From Phoronis australis (Eukaryota; Animalia; Phoronida), in the NCBI GenBank assembly GCA_002633005.1, contig NMRA01000438.1, positions 62,001-126,000 on the forward strand: a stretch of 64,000 nt of DNA, in the 5' to 3' direction. Shown here one piece after another: positions 63,596 through 64,000 of the stretch. A model generated the notes under the pieces. That model was given only the letters and a program-made list of their open reading frames with translations, ran no database searches and was not told where the DNA came from. Within the stretch, counting starts at the first letter, position 1. Every line of letters begins with the position of its first letter. Position numbers and translations under genes: made by a program.

Positions 63596-63945
63596 GGTCA
63601 TCCTGTAGGTCCTCCATGCGCCAGAAACTTTTCAGCGAATTATGTCACACACTGAGTGACTGAACCATCAAAGCCACCTTGGTATAAGTAATTCTTCACG
63701 CAGGGAGACACCTTAGGACATCGATGTCTTTAATTCTACTCAGCTCAAATACTCCCATAATCAAGCTTTATTCAAATAATTCTTTGTTCAATAGCCAAGC
63801 CAGAACAAGTAACTCGACATTTTTACACTGCTCATGACAAGGGATATGACATTCTTATAGCAACATGACTTCGATGGTTTAATCACTCTGTGTGAGGCAT
63901 ACTTCGCATTAAGTCTCCAGCGCATGGAGGGTCTATGCGATGGTC
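63596..63945. repeat. Diverged inverted repeat with ~90 bp arms (MITE-like)
   Basis: CCTCCATGCGC..GAGTGA.T.AACCATC.AAG..TATAAG at 63596-63688 matches the reverse complement of 63854-63945. Confidence 0.7.
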
Positions 63946-64000
63946 ACTGTCTGTAGGTACTCATGATTTTCGTGTGTGAATATAGATTTAGTTTGCCTAC

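Noticed and set aside
63596-63720. Extension of the Mab-21-like frame including a G*P (GWP-like) motif
   Set aside because: This stretch is one arm of an inverted repeat, so it is probably transposon sequence

Overview
Animal (invertebrate-like, AT-rich, intron-containing) genomic DNA with assembly gaps; nothing prokaryotic. Two protein-coding genes were assembled by hand from splice sites and reading-frame phases. (1) A + strand N-terminal Ras-association gene of the RASSF7/8 family, CDS join(3966..5175,6147..6382,7692..8232,8869..8989,10819..10952), with an N-gap inside exon 3. (2) A - strand gene I cannot name, about 140 aa, CDS complement(join(56751..56853,58070..58227,60251..60328,61002..61085)), with a roughly 2.9 kb 3' UTR. 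The ~39 kb between them holds many non-autonomous DNA transposons (TA, 5, 6 and 8 bp target duplications), a two-copy element with an internal segment complementary to both its ends, satellites, and a probable haplotype-duplication artefact. It also contains a chain of well-formed - strand splice sites and a transcription-factor motif cluster that may mark an unannotated lncRNA or small-ORF gene. I see no clear-cut new system. The best leads are the unnamed gene, the putative spliced transcript, the internal-complementary-region element and a weak Mab-21/cGLR-like relic.
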